Part shown: positions 26,404 to 35,705 of the stretch, piece after piece | How positions within the stretch are numbered: position 1 is the first letter of the stretch | Layout: every line of letters starts with the position of its first letter | IMG/VR virus record: IMGVR_UViG_3300033485_000017 | Span: 1 to 54,625 of that record | DNA length: 54,625 nucleotides | Reading direction: 5' to 3' (one strand) | Origin: a virus | Taxonomy: Duplodnaviria; Caudoviricetes | The notes under the pieces: model-generated | The model's input: only the letters and a program-made list of their open reading frames with translations | What the model was told of the DNA's origin: nothing | The model's database searches: none | Position numbers and translations under genes: made by a program

Positions 26404-28355
26404 GGCACTGGCTGATCGCGTTGCTGGTGGTGTTGCCGCTAGCGGCTGCGGACCACTACGTCAATTCGACCTGCACGAATGCGGGCGATGGTACGGCATC
26501 GGGCTGCGCCGCGGCGCCCGGCGGAGTAGGCGCGTGGAAAACGCTGGCTTCTGTAAGTGGCCACACCTATGCGGCGGACGATTTTGTGTACTTTGCGCGC
26601 GGCGGCTCGTGGGACGAGGGCCTTACCCTAGGGCAGTCTGGCACCTCGGGGCATCCCATCACTTACACGGCCTATGGCACGGGAGTGCTGCCGAAGATCA
26701 ATGGCAGTCTGTACGTTTGGGCTGTTAATACTTCACAGAGTTACATCACCCTTCGGTACCTCCACATGGGCAGGAGAGTAAATTTCGCGGGGGGGACGGG
26801 CAATATCGTAGAGCATTGCCAGATAGGTCCGACTCCGTCCGGATCGACAGGGTACGGTCTGAGTCAAGTTGGAGGAGACACTCTTGTATATCAAACCCTC
26901 ATTGTCAACACCTATACGAACGGCATAGTGATTACTGGGACTGGAAAGGTCACTCTGCGCAACAGCATTTTGCTTGCCACCGGGGTTAGTGAGTCATTTG
27001 CTTACGGAGTGTCAGTAGAAGCTGGGTCTGAACTGGACTACGACTACAGCCTATTGTCTGGGAACGGGCGAGTGACAACAGGAAACGTCTATGGGGCGGG
27101 TACAAAGACGGACGGCGGCCACAATGTGCTTGACGCACTACCGGGAATCAAGCAGTGGATGAACGGGAACATCTACGTCTCGATCACGATTGACGGCGAG
27201 TCTCATGATGTGGCCTGGTGGCACACCCTCGCGGCGAAGCTACCCGCTGGGGTTAAGATCAGCCTATTTGTGATTCCCAGTACCATCACCGAGGGAGAAA
27301 AGACGACCCTAGTGCATCTTAGAGATGTCCACGGGTGGGAGGTTAATGGTCATTCGTGGGCTAACTGCGTACTGGATAGCACAACCGCATTCACTATATC
27401 CACAACAAATACAGGCACTAATACTATCGTTGTTGATCACGATGCAAAGACGCTATCATTGACTTCTACAGGCAACCCCGAGCATAACGTGGTTGTAGAT
27501 TGGAACGCGGCCGACAAGACTATAACGGATCTCAAGGCCGCCGTAGCGGGAAACCTCTGGACCGTCTCTACTGTTTCTTACGCCATCGGTGACGCCATGC
27601 GCCTGAAGGCGCTAGATGCGCACACGACGACCACCTTCCCGGCAGCAGTACCTCTGAACTCTACCTATTTCCTAAATGAAGAAGTGGACGATACCGTAAC
27701 GTGGCTTACTACACTACTCGGAGTTGCGCCGACCACAATGTCATACCCAAATGGTGTGACCAATGCGACGGTACAGACATATCTGAAAGATGTCTCCGGC
27801 CTATTGGGCGCTCGCGGAACTGTTGGCGGTTCTATAACGCTATCAAGTCTTAATGTGTACAATGTTTTCTCGCTCGGGGCCATTACTATGAAGGGGGATG
27901 GGTCTGAGGCTGCTTTGAGGACAGGGGCGCGGCATGTCTATACGATGGTCAAGAGCATCGGTGGTGTGTTGACAATATATTTGGATAGTACGTTGGACAT
28001 GTCTGATGATCAACTCTTGTGGGTAATTGACGAGTGGCAGAAATTGGGTGTAACGTTTAGCTCGTTTGCAGAAGTGGTTGCCGGAATTCGTGCTGACCAC
28101 TCCACTGCGGACGGCCTGACTTACACGAAGACCTACACGGACCTGAGCGACTTCCGTCCGGATAAATGCCGTGGACCTGATTCGGATGCCGTGCAACGGT
28201 ACTTGACGTGTTACTCGGGTGTGGACTTGGGTTCTGGCTACGTGCTGGGTCTCGATCCCAGGAGCGCCACTGACGTGCAGACACTCAGCCGAACTCTATT
28301 CGGATGGGACCCCGGCCCGTTCACGCGGATCAAGCGGAAGGCTGTTGGAAACTGA
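26400..28355 (+). CDS. Signal peptide + beta-helix + degenerate polysaccharide deacetylase (NodB/CE4) domain protein
   Basis: MRHWLIALLVVLPLAAA; AWKTL..VYFARGGSW..GTSGHPITYTAYGTG; SITIDG, EVNGHSW and SYPNG motifs. Confidence 0.75.
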   Translation: MRHWLIALLVVLPLAAADHYVNSTCTNAGDGTASGCAAAPGGVGAWKTLASVSGHTYAADDFVYFARGGSWDEGLTLGQSGTSGHPITYTAYGTGVLPKINGSLYVWAVNTSQSYITLRYLHMGRRVNFAGGTGNIVEHCQIGPTPSGSTGYGLSQVGGDTLVYQTLIVNTYTNGIVITGTGKVTLRNSILLATGVSESFAYGVSVEAGSELDYDYSLLSGNGRVTTGNVYGAGTKTDGGHNVLDALPGIKQWMNGNIYVSITIDGESHDVAWWHTLAAKLPAGVKISLFVIPSTITEGEKTTLVHLRDVHGWEVNGHSWANCVLDSTTAFTISTTNTGTNTIVVDHDAKTLSLTSTGNPEHNVVVDWNAADKTITDLKAAVAGNLWTVSTVSYAIGDAMRLKALDAHTTTTFPAAVPLNSTYFLNEEVDDTVTWLTTLLGVAPTTMSYPNGVTNATVQTYLKDVSGLLGARGTVGGSITLSSLNVYNVFSLGAITMKGDGSEAALRTGARHVYTMVKSIGGVLTIYLDSTLDMSDDQLLWVIDEWQKLGVTFSSFAEVVAGIRADHSTADGLTYTKTYTDLSDFRPDKCRGPDSDAVQRYLTCYSGVDLGSGYVLGLDPRSATDVQTLSRTLFGWDPGPFTRIKRKAVGN

Positions 28356-30202
28356 TGCGTCCTCCCTTCACCCGCTTAGACCCCGGCCCTGGCACCACAC
28401 CAGGGATGATGCAGGTTATCCAGGACCTCTACGACAAGCTCTCCTCGATGGCGGCCTCAAGCAGCCAACCCGTCTCCGTCCCTGCTTCGGTGACCAACAT
28501 TTACGCCACCGGCTCTGGCCAAGGCGGCTCCACCAGTTCCGCCACGCCGGCTGCCTCCATTGATGGAGCCTCAGGCCGTGCCGCTACCCCCCAATATCCC
28601 TTCCTTCCTTGTTTGACTGCACTCCCTTCCAACAACCCGTCCCTCGGTCAGCCCTATGCCCAGGATGGCATGTTGATCGAGATCAGCACTGCCACTTCCA
28701 AGCCCGGCCTCCTATACCGGTATTCGCGCCCAGACCTGGCATGGGTTGGCCCCATTGGCTTCGCGGTCATCGTCGATACCCACGCAAACCGGGCAACTTA
28801 TCCAGCAACCAATTACCCAGCCGGTACTTGTTACTGGGAGACCGACCGTCGCATTCTCTACATCGTGCAGGATACGGGAGGAACTAATCACTGGTGGTAT
28901 GCACTGGGAACAATGCTCGGAATCAGTTCCGACCGGCCTTCCGATCTGACGGGAAGCTACGATTACGGGTTCAAGTTCAAAGATTTGACGACTGGCCGAA
29001 CCCAATTGTGGAACAACACGATGTGGGTGACGCAGACCGAGTTGGGAGTTGCATACTGCGGCACACATAGTGAGCGGATCGCGCGGGGCAGGTGTAACTG
29101 CACGGGCGGCGGATCAACAACGGCAGTGGCACGCACGTCGGGCACGTCTTTCTCCACATCCTGGATTGGGCGCTATCTTCTGATTGCCGCCTTGGGCGAG
29201 ACGGGGTCGTTACGTCTGTACCGTATCAGTGGCGTCAGTGGTCCGGACGATCTCACGATCGAGGGTGTGACTACGGAAGCAAACTCTGCTTTCGCCTTGT
29301 GGGATTCATCTACACTGGCCTATCCAGATGGCGTGCATTGGTGGGAGACGGATTATGAGGTTGAGTATACTGCGGCGGACGCCACCGGCGTTGTGGACAC
29401 GAACGGCACGGCCGTCTCGTGGCAAAGCGAAATGAAGTTCGATGAGGCCTGGAGAAACCAGACTATCTACATCAACTCGGTGCCCTACACCATCGGTGGT
29501 CTGGTTTTCGATACAGCTATTGCTCTAACCGGTTCAGCAGGTGTCCAGACTGGGGTTCCGTACCGCGTGGCTCGCGGCCGGTGGAAGCCGATTGCCGGGG
29601 AGTATTTGGCTCCGCTTGCCAGCCTGCCCACCGACTTGATCTCTACCGATGTTGGATTCCCATTTACGGCGAGCGATTACCTGCATACCTGGATCTGGAA
29701 CGGCACGGTGTGGCACCTCAAACCCGGTTGCTGCTCGCCTGGAGAGGTTGTGGCATCGGTGGATGCGTCGGCCCCGCGCGGTGGGCTGTGGGCGGCTTGC
29801 AATGGCGCTGCTGCGACGATTTCCGCGGACGATGCGTCAACCTCGTCCATCACCACGCCAAATCTTACCGGTGACCGGTTTATCACGGCCGCCTACCGCA
29901 CCGCGCAGGCGGCCACACGCGCCACTTGGGAATCGGATGCCAAAACGAACGTGGAAGCGGCGCATACGCATTACGTGGACGGCTACACAGAGAATGCGTC
30001 GGGGATCACCAGCACGGACGCCGCCGCCGGCGCGATCCTGGATCTAACCCCGCAGCACAGCCACCAGGTTCAGATCACTTCGGATGCTGGTTCAGCACAC
30101 CAGCACGTGTTGGCGGACGCGACCGCTCGGCTGAAGCTGTTCGATGAGACCAATGGTGGTCTGCCCGCGCGCATCGGCCTGGCATTCTTCGTGCGGCGCT
30201 AG
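28355..30202 (+). CDS. Tail fibre-like protein with internal repeats
   Basis: ATG overlaps upstream TGA; duplicated WETD and DxGF motifs; collar-like GLWAACNG..TPNL and His-rich HTH/HSH/HQH tip. Confidence 0.7.
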   Translation: MRPPFTRLDPGPGTTPGMMQVIQDLYDKLSSMAASSSQPVSVPASVTNIYATGSGQGGSTSSATPAASIDGASGRAATPQYPFLPCLTALPSNNPSLGQPYAQDGMLIEISTATSKPGLLYRYSRPDLAWVGPIGFAVIVDTHANRATYPATNYPAGTCYWETDRRILYIVQDTGGTNHWWYALGTMLGISSDRPSDLTGSYDYGFKFKDLTTGRTQLWNNTMWVTQTELGVAYCGTHSERIARGRCNCTGGGSTTAVARTSGTSFSTSWIGRYLLIAALGETGSLRLYRISGVSGPDDLTIEGVTTEANSAFALWDSSTLAYPDGVHWWETDYEVEYTAADATGVVDTNGTAVSWQSEMKFDEAWRNQTIYINSVPYTIGGLVFDTAIALTGSAGVQTGVPYRVARGRWKPIAGEYLAPLASLPTDLISTDVGFPFTASDYLHTWIWNGTVWHLKPGCCSPGEVVASVDASAPRGGLWAACNGAAATISADDASTSSITTPNLTGDRFITAAYRTAQAATRATWESDAKTNVEAAHTHYVDGYTENASGITSTDAAAGAILDLTPQHSHQVQITSDAGSAHQHVLADATARLKLFDETNGGLPARIGLAFFVRR

Positions 30203-30246
30203 GACCGCTTTGCTGCAATGGCGTAAGATGTAGGGAGGAGACCATC

Positions 30247-30798
30247 GTGTCCACCTCCAAGAACCCGGCTATCGAGTTTCTGCCTCCGCCAGATGCAACC
30301 CCCACAGACGCCCCAGAGGAATCCGAGAATTCCAGCACGGCCCCTGTGCAGTACCGTGTCCTGACCCAGGAGGAGGTTGCATCGCTGGTGCCTATATTTG
30401 ACCAGTTTGGCGGGTCCATGCCCGACCCGAACTCCTCGTTCTTCCTCGGCGCCGTGGCTGGCGGGGAAGTGGTGGGATTCCTGGTGGTCCAGTTGGCTGT
30501 CCATGCCGAACCTCTGTGGGTGCGTGCGGACTACAAGCACATCATGCGCCCGCTTATCCGTGCCACCGAGGAGCAGATTGCCCGGAATTGCGGACCGGGC
30601 AGGCATGTGGACGTGTTCGCGTTCGTGCCGCCGGGCAATGTGGCACGGACGGTGCAGGAAGTGGCATCGATGCGGGTTGAGCCGTGGATGGTGTTGTCCA
30701 AGCGGGTGGGGATGGAGCTGGTCGAGCCCAAGGTGGACGAAGATTCCGACTCGGAAAAACCGGAAGCTGGCGGAGATCCTGAGACGAGGGTGAACTGA
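30247..30798 (+). CDS. GNAT-fold-like protein between tail and ejection genes
   Basis: GEVVGFLVVQLAVHAEPLWVRADY pattern; GGAGG RBS. Confidence 0.55.
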   Translation: MSTSKNPAIEFLPPPDATPTDAPEESENSSTAPVQYRVLTQEEVASLVPIFDQFGGSMPDPNSSFFLGAVAGGEVVGFLVVQLAVHAEPLWVRADYKHIMRPLIRATEEQIARNCGPGRHVDVFAFVPPGNVARTVQEVASMRVEPWMVLSKRVGMELVEPKVDEDSDSEKPEAGGDPETRVN

Positions 30799-31478
30799 TG
30801 CCATTTGCAGCGTTGGCCATTCCTGCGGCTATTTCGGCTGGATCGGCGATCTATGGAGCGGTCAAGGGCAGCCGGAGCAATCAGGAGAAGGCCGCTCAGA
30901 ACACTGCCTCCGGGATTGGTAACCTTGGCATAGAAGCCCAGAAGCAACTGGCAGGGATGGGCACGGATGTCTACGGCCGTGGGACCAACCTGTTTGGCAC
31001 TGGGGCAGGGAACACCGCGGCCGGGACCGACTACCTGAGGACTATCCTTCGGGGGAATGCTGCCGACACGGCTGCCGCCATGGCTCCCGATGTGAACCGC
31101 ATTCGGGCTGCCAACCAGAATGCCGTGCAGTCCATCTCAACCATCATGCCGCGTGGTGCCGGGAGGGAGGGCACACTGTTCAGTGCTTCTTACGCCCCCA
31201 CGTCCCAGATCCAGAACTTGTTCAACACCACTCGGATGCAGGCTGCCCCGGCGCTGGCAGCGGTCGGGATGCAGCAACAGGGGTTGGCCAACAACCTGTT
31301 CCAGACCGGCGGTGGGCTGTACGGAGTGGGAAATCAAGCGCTCAACACTGGGCTGAACGCACAAGACGCCCTGCTGAAATATGGCCTGTCGAACCGGCAG
31401 CTCATGAACCTGCTCTACGGGCAGGCTGGCAGTGCTCTGACTTCGTTGGGCGGGTCGTTCTTCAAGCCCAATACCTAA
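30798..31478 (+). CDS. Putative DNA ejection/pilot protein
   Basis: Hydrophobic Gly/Ala N-terminus, Gln/Asn/Gly-rich helices; position. Confidence 0.65.
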   Translation: MPFAALAIPAAISAGSAIYGAVKGSRSNQEKAAQNTASGIGNLGIEAQKQLAGMGTDVYGRGTNLFGTGAGNTAAGTDYLRTILRGNAADTAAAMAPDVNRIRAANQNAVQSISTIMPRGAGREGTLFSASYAPTSQIQNLFNTTRMQAAPALAAVGMQQQGLANNLFQTGGGLYGVGNQALNTGLNAQDALLKYGLSNRQLMNLLYGQAGSALTSLGGSFFKPNT

Positions 31479-31489
31479 GGGGGTGACAA

Positions 31490-33400
31490 ATGGCTGGTGC
31501 AGACTACGGGGCCAGTTACCTATACCAGATGCGGGAGCACCAGCAGCGGGAACTCGACCGCTGGGAAGCGCACAGAACCGCACTCTCGGACCTCATCTCC
31601 ACACGCATTGCGCAGACGAGCGACCCGGTGCAGCGGGCCAACTTGTACAGTTTGGCGATGGGGTTGCACGAGGCCCGGCCGGGCAAGTTCGACCCCAAAC
31701 TGATCCAGTCCATCAACGAACAGTTGGCGGTCGCCCCCGAGTACAGCAAGGCCATGGACGCGGCGGAGGGGGCTCAACGTCCGAAGCCTCCAGCAAACCC
31801 CGTGCCCACCGGTACGCCGGTCCGCCCCACGACGCCCTATGTGCCTCCTGTGGGAGCCCGGCCGTCAGTCCCTCAGACCCAGTCTTCCTCCCTGACTCAA
31901 CCCATATCACCAGTCACTGCCCCAGCCGCCCAGTCAGGCGTCAATCCGATCCAGGGTGGGGCACAAATACAGGTTCCCCCAACGGCCCCGCCTCCGGCTG
32001 CTTCTGCCAGTCCCATCCCAGGATTGATGGACGTAGCCGGTGCACTGGAACATGTAGCGCCTGCTATGCGCCAGGCTGCCAGCCCGTTCGTTTCCAACGT
32101 TGCCGAACTCGAACGACAGAAGCAGTATTACCAGTTCCAGAAGGACATGGCCAAGCAGGGCATCGAGCAGATGAAGGCAGAAGGAGTGTGGGACAAGCTC
32201 GCCCCATGGCAGCAGGCTGCCTATATGGCGCAAGCGTCCGGGCTCCAGAGCGTGAACATGCCGTTTAGTGCCATCAATCCAATCCGCACGGATTCGGTGC
32301 CGGGCTCCAGCGCTCCCGAGGGACAACTCGATTACTTCGACCACCCTATTGATCCTCAGGGGTTCTACGACGTGCAGCGGTCCAAGGTGGCAGGACAGAA
32401 GGATGTGTGGGTGCCCACGGCCAAGTCGAATGCCTTCCTCACTGACGCTGGTGGCAACATTGTTTCGGTCAGCCGCTACGGGAAGCCTGGAGCCCCTACA
32501 GGCGCGGTGACCCCTTCCCTGGCTGCCCCAACCAAGATCACAGATGTGACTGGCCAGCAGTCCTGGCAGTCCCCAGCACGGGCTGCTGTTGGAGCCGCTC
32601 CGATCCCCGGCGCCGGCATCAACCCGGCTATGGCTGGAACGGCCACTACTACGACACAGCTTCCCAGCGGAGGGTCGGTGTCTGAACGTAAGCGTACGGC
32701 TCCTGGTGCTCCTGGCACTCCCAGCGTTCCCGGTGCTCCCGGCGCTCCCTCCAAGACCACTGCACTCCCGGCGCGCGTGCCTCCGTTCAACCCGTCCAAC
32801 CGAGTGGACAACATCGTGGCTGCCATTGGCCGGGATGAAGCCAATTGGAAGATGGCCACCAACGCGGCCGACAAGTTCCAGATCACCAACCGCATGGCCC
32901 AACTGGGGATTGACACGAACAACGTCACAGGCTCCATGAGGGAGCGGGCAGCCAACGCACACCTAATTCTGGACCACCTGAGCGATGTGCAGAAAGTCAT
33001 CGATGAGGCAGACAAGGCCGGGGAGTTGGGCGTGGTGGCCACGCGCTGGAACGATTGGCTCACCGGCAGGCTTGGCGTGGACCCCACCAAGGGACAAGTC
33101 TTCGCCAAGCTCAGTTCCAACCTGGCCTTCCTCTCGACGGCTGTAGCTATGGCGCATGGCGGTCTGCGCGGCGGCGGATCTCCCCAGATGGTCGAGCACT
33201 GGGAGAAGGCCCTCTTTGCCACGGACCCTGCCACGCTCAGGCAGAAGCTGAACCAGGCCAAGAGTTGGATGGAGGGGTATGCGAAGCTGGTGCCTCGCCG
33301 GGGTGAGGAATGGCTTAAGGCATTACCCGGTGCCACGGCTGGGAGCACGGTCGAGAGCGTGGTGGATAAGCTGGTGCAGAAATACGGAGGCAAGAAGTAA
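31490..33400 (+). CDS. Putative internal virion/ejection protein
   Basis: 636 aa, helical with Pro-rich linkers. Confidence 0.6.
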   Translation: MAGADYGASYLYQMREHQQRELDRWEAHRTALSDLISTRIAQTSDPVQRANLYSLAMGLHEARPGKFDPKLIQSINEQLAVAPEYSKAMDAAEGAQRPKPPANPVPTGTPVRPTTPYVPPVGARPSVPQTQSSSLTQPISPVTAPAAQSGVNPIQGGAQIQVPPTAPPPAASASPIPGLMDVAGALEHVAPAMRQAASPFVSNVAELERQKQYYQFQKDMAKQGIEQMKAEGVWDKLAPWQQAAYMAQASGLQSVNMPFSAINPIRTDSVPGSSAPEGQLDYFDHPIDPQGFYDVQRSKVAGQKDVWVPTAKSNAFLTDAGGNIVSVSRYGKPGAPTGAVTPSLAAPTKITDVTGQQSWQSPARAAVGAAPIPGAGINPAMAGTATTTTQLPSGGSVSERKRTAPGAPGTPSVPGAPGAPSKTTALPARVPPFNPSNRVDNIVAAIGRDEANWKMATNAADKFQITNRMAQLGIDTNNVTGSMRERAANAHLILDHLSDVQKVIDEADKAGELGVVATRWNDWLTGRLGVDPTKGQVFAKLSSNLAFLSTAVAMAHGGLRGGGSPQMVEHWEKALFATDPATLRQKLNQAKSWMEGYAKLVPRRGEEWLKALPGATAGSTVESVVDKLVQKYGGKK

Positions 33401-34911
33401 TGCCGGACGTGAAGGGATTGCTCTCCGATCCGGAGTTTCAGCGGCTCGATCTTCCGACTCGGAAAATGGCCTTGGGGCGGCTCGACCCGGAATTGGGTAA
33501 GTTGTCTGACCAGGACTTCCAGGCATTCAGCCAACGTCTGTCCGGACCCCCGCAATTCGGCCTAACCCCTCCCCCTGGATACGTGCCTTCCAAGCCCGAC
33601 CTCCCTCCAGACCTGCCGCAAAGGGTCGGCCGCTTGGCAGTTCGGGCGCTTCCATATGCTGGTGCTACAGCGGCGGCCCTTCTGGCTCCAGAAGTAGTTG
33701 GCCCGGCTGGGATTGGGACGTGGTTGGCAAACATGGCCATCCCAGTTGCGGCAGCTGGTGTTGGGGCTGGGGTAGGGTCAGGTCTGGAGCGCGGTGTCCG
33801 TTCCATTGCAGATATGCCACCTCCCGATACGACAGTGATGGAAGATGTGGTGCAGAAGGGCGTGCTGCCCGAGATGGGAGGGCGGATTCTGACCTCGGCT
33901 CTAGGAAAGATCTTCAATCCGATGCTCAACCCCAAGCGGATGTACCAGTCGTCCCTCAAGCCGGTGGGTGCCCCCGAGAAAGCAGAGCGCGCGGTCCTGG
34001 CCGGATTGGAAGAGGGGATCGTCCCTGGCGAAGCTGCTGCCAACATCGCGCGTGAGCGCATCGGTAAGCTGAACACGCAGATCGAGGGCATCATTTCTGG
34101 AACTCCATCCAATATTCCTGCCACCCAGTATGTGTCGCGTGTGCAGGGGAAGTTGGACAATCTGCGCCGGGTTTGGGGTAGAGATGCAACGCACGGCGCA
34201 GATTTTGTGGATAAGATCGATGACCTGGAGCGCCGGTTCTTGCTGGATCATGGAAATGTTCCTCCTGCACGAGTCCAGACTCCTACAGGCACTGTCATTA
34301 TCAAACCGGAGGACATGTCTCTTGCCGAGTTGCGGGCATCCGCTCAGCCTCTGTCGGCCGCGGATGCCCAAGCGATCAAGAAGCAAACTTATGAGACGAT
34401 CCGGACCGGCAATGCGGGAGCATGGGAATCTGGAGCGCACCCAGGACTTTCCGTACGCGTCAACAAGGAAGTGGCAAAGGCGTTGAAGGAAGAACTCCAG
34501 CAGATCTATCCCGAGATCGCTGGACTAAACGCTCGGGAGGGGGCTCTCATTGGGTTGGAGGGGCAGTTGCAGCGCTTCACGAAACGCGAGATGAACCGCC
34601 AGGTCCTCCCTTACTTCATCTTCCCTACAGCGGGGGCTTTGGTTGGCGCTGCCGGTCATGGTCCCAGCGGTGCTGCTGGAGGAGCGGGTCTTGGGGCCGT
34701 GGCAGGGCATCTGCTGCGCTCTGCACTTGAAGATCCTGGGGTGAAGGCCAGGATAGCGATTGCCCTCTACCGGACTTCTCAGAATGCCGTGATGGGAACG
34801 GCCGGCAGAGCGATTCGGGTCTCGTTACCGGCCGATATACGGATGACTGAACTGGGACTGAGAAAAGAACCGGAACCAACCCCTATCCAGCCTGTTCTTG
34901 CTAGACGCTGA
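33400..34911 (+). CDS. Putative internal virion/ejection protein
   Basis: Gly/Ala hydrophobic stretches near both ends; last gene of the + arm, overlapping the convergent stop. Confidence 0.6.
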   Translation: MPDVKGLLSDPEFQRLDLPTRKMALGRLDPELGKLSDQDFQAFSQRLSGPPQFGLTPPPGYVPSKPDLPPDLPQRVGRLAVRALPYAGATAAALLAPEVVGPAGIGTWLANMAIPVAAAGVGAGVGSGLERGVRSIADMPPPDTTVMEDVVQKGVLPEMGGRILTSALGKIFNPMLNPKRMYQSSLKPVGAPEKAERAVLAGLEEGIVPGEAAANIARERIGKLNTQIEGIISGTPSNIPATQYVSRVQGKLDNLRRVWGRDATHGADFVDKIDDLERRFLLDHGNVPPARVQTPTGTVIIKPEDMSLAELRASAQPLSAADAQAIKKQTYETIRTGNAGAWESGAHPGLSVRVNKEVAKALKEELQQIYPEIAGLNAREGALIGLEGQLQRFTKREMNRQVLPYFIFPTAGALVGAAGHGPSGAAGGAGLGAVAGHLLRSALEDPGVKARIAIALYRTSQNAVMGTAGRAIRVSLPADIRMTELGLRKEPEPTPIQPVLARR

Positions 34912-35680
34912 ACAGCGCCTCGTACTCCGGCGTCCCCGGCTCACACCCGTATGCCTTCCTGAACCGTGCCCTATTCATGGCCGCTCCCCGCTCGATCTGT
35001 GCTCTTTCCTGAGGGTTGGCACTCCTTAGCGTAGACCCGTGGTGGTGCAGGTACGGCAGCGCTACCGACACCGCTTTGATCCCTGCACGGTGCAGCCTGA
35101 TGTGGTAGTCACTGTCCTCGCAATAGGCGGGGAAGTAGGCTTCGTTGAACCAGCCCACTCTGTCAGTGACTTGGCGCCGGATGAGGAAGCAGGAGAAGTC
35201 TGGGTGAGGGCGTTCCCCCCAATCGTCGATGTGCTCGACTGGGCTCCCCACCAGACTTGGCTTGTCCACAGCCACACACGTAACGAGCGGTCCGCCGTGC
35301 GCAACCAGGTGCCGGTAGGTGTCGGAGCGGATCTCCACATCGTTGTTGAGCACCAGCACGTGCTCCCGGCCGGTCTTCCATGCAAGCTGGATGATGATGT
35401 TCCAGCAGGCAGCCAAGGAGCATTGTTGGTGCAGCGTGGCATGGACAACGTGCCGGTTCGAGGCCGACCATGCGACCGTACCATCCGAGCTGGCGTTGTC
35501 CAGTAGCAGCACGTCCACCCCTAGTGCATAATCCTGCCTCAGCGCCGATAGCAGCGCTCTCTGGCTTAAGTGGACGTTGTTCCGGAGGACAATTCCGATG
35601 AGGCCGCGGCCTGTTGCCTGAGCCACTTGTCCACTTGCTTGGCAACCTTCCTGACCTGTTCCTTGCGTTGCTTTTTGCAT
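34901..35680 (-). CDS. GT2-family glycosyltransferase
   Basis: LLDNASSDGT, LVLNNDV, CFLIRR and FPAYCEDSDY motifs. Confidence 0.9.
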   Translation of the reverse strand: MQKATQGTGQEGCQASGQVAQATGRGLIGIVLRNNVHLSQRALLSALRQDYALGVDVLLLDNASSDGTVAWSASNRHVVHATLHQQCSLAACWNIIIQLAWKTGREHVLVLNNDVEIRSDTYRHLVAHGGPLVTCVAVDKPSLVGSPVEHIDDWGERPHPDFSCFLIRRQVTDRVGWFNEAYFPAYCEDSDYHIRLHRAGIKAVSVALPYLHHHGSTLRSANPQERAQIERGAAMNRARFRKAYGCEPGTPEYEALFSV

Positions 35681-35705
35681 GCCTTTCTCCTTTTATCCCT
35701 TCCCT

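Noticed and set aside
28355-30202. Diversity-generating retroelement target
   Set aside because: No reverse transcriptase and no adenine-variant TR/VR pair noticed in the window.
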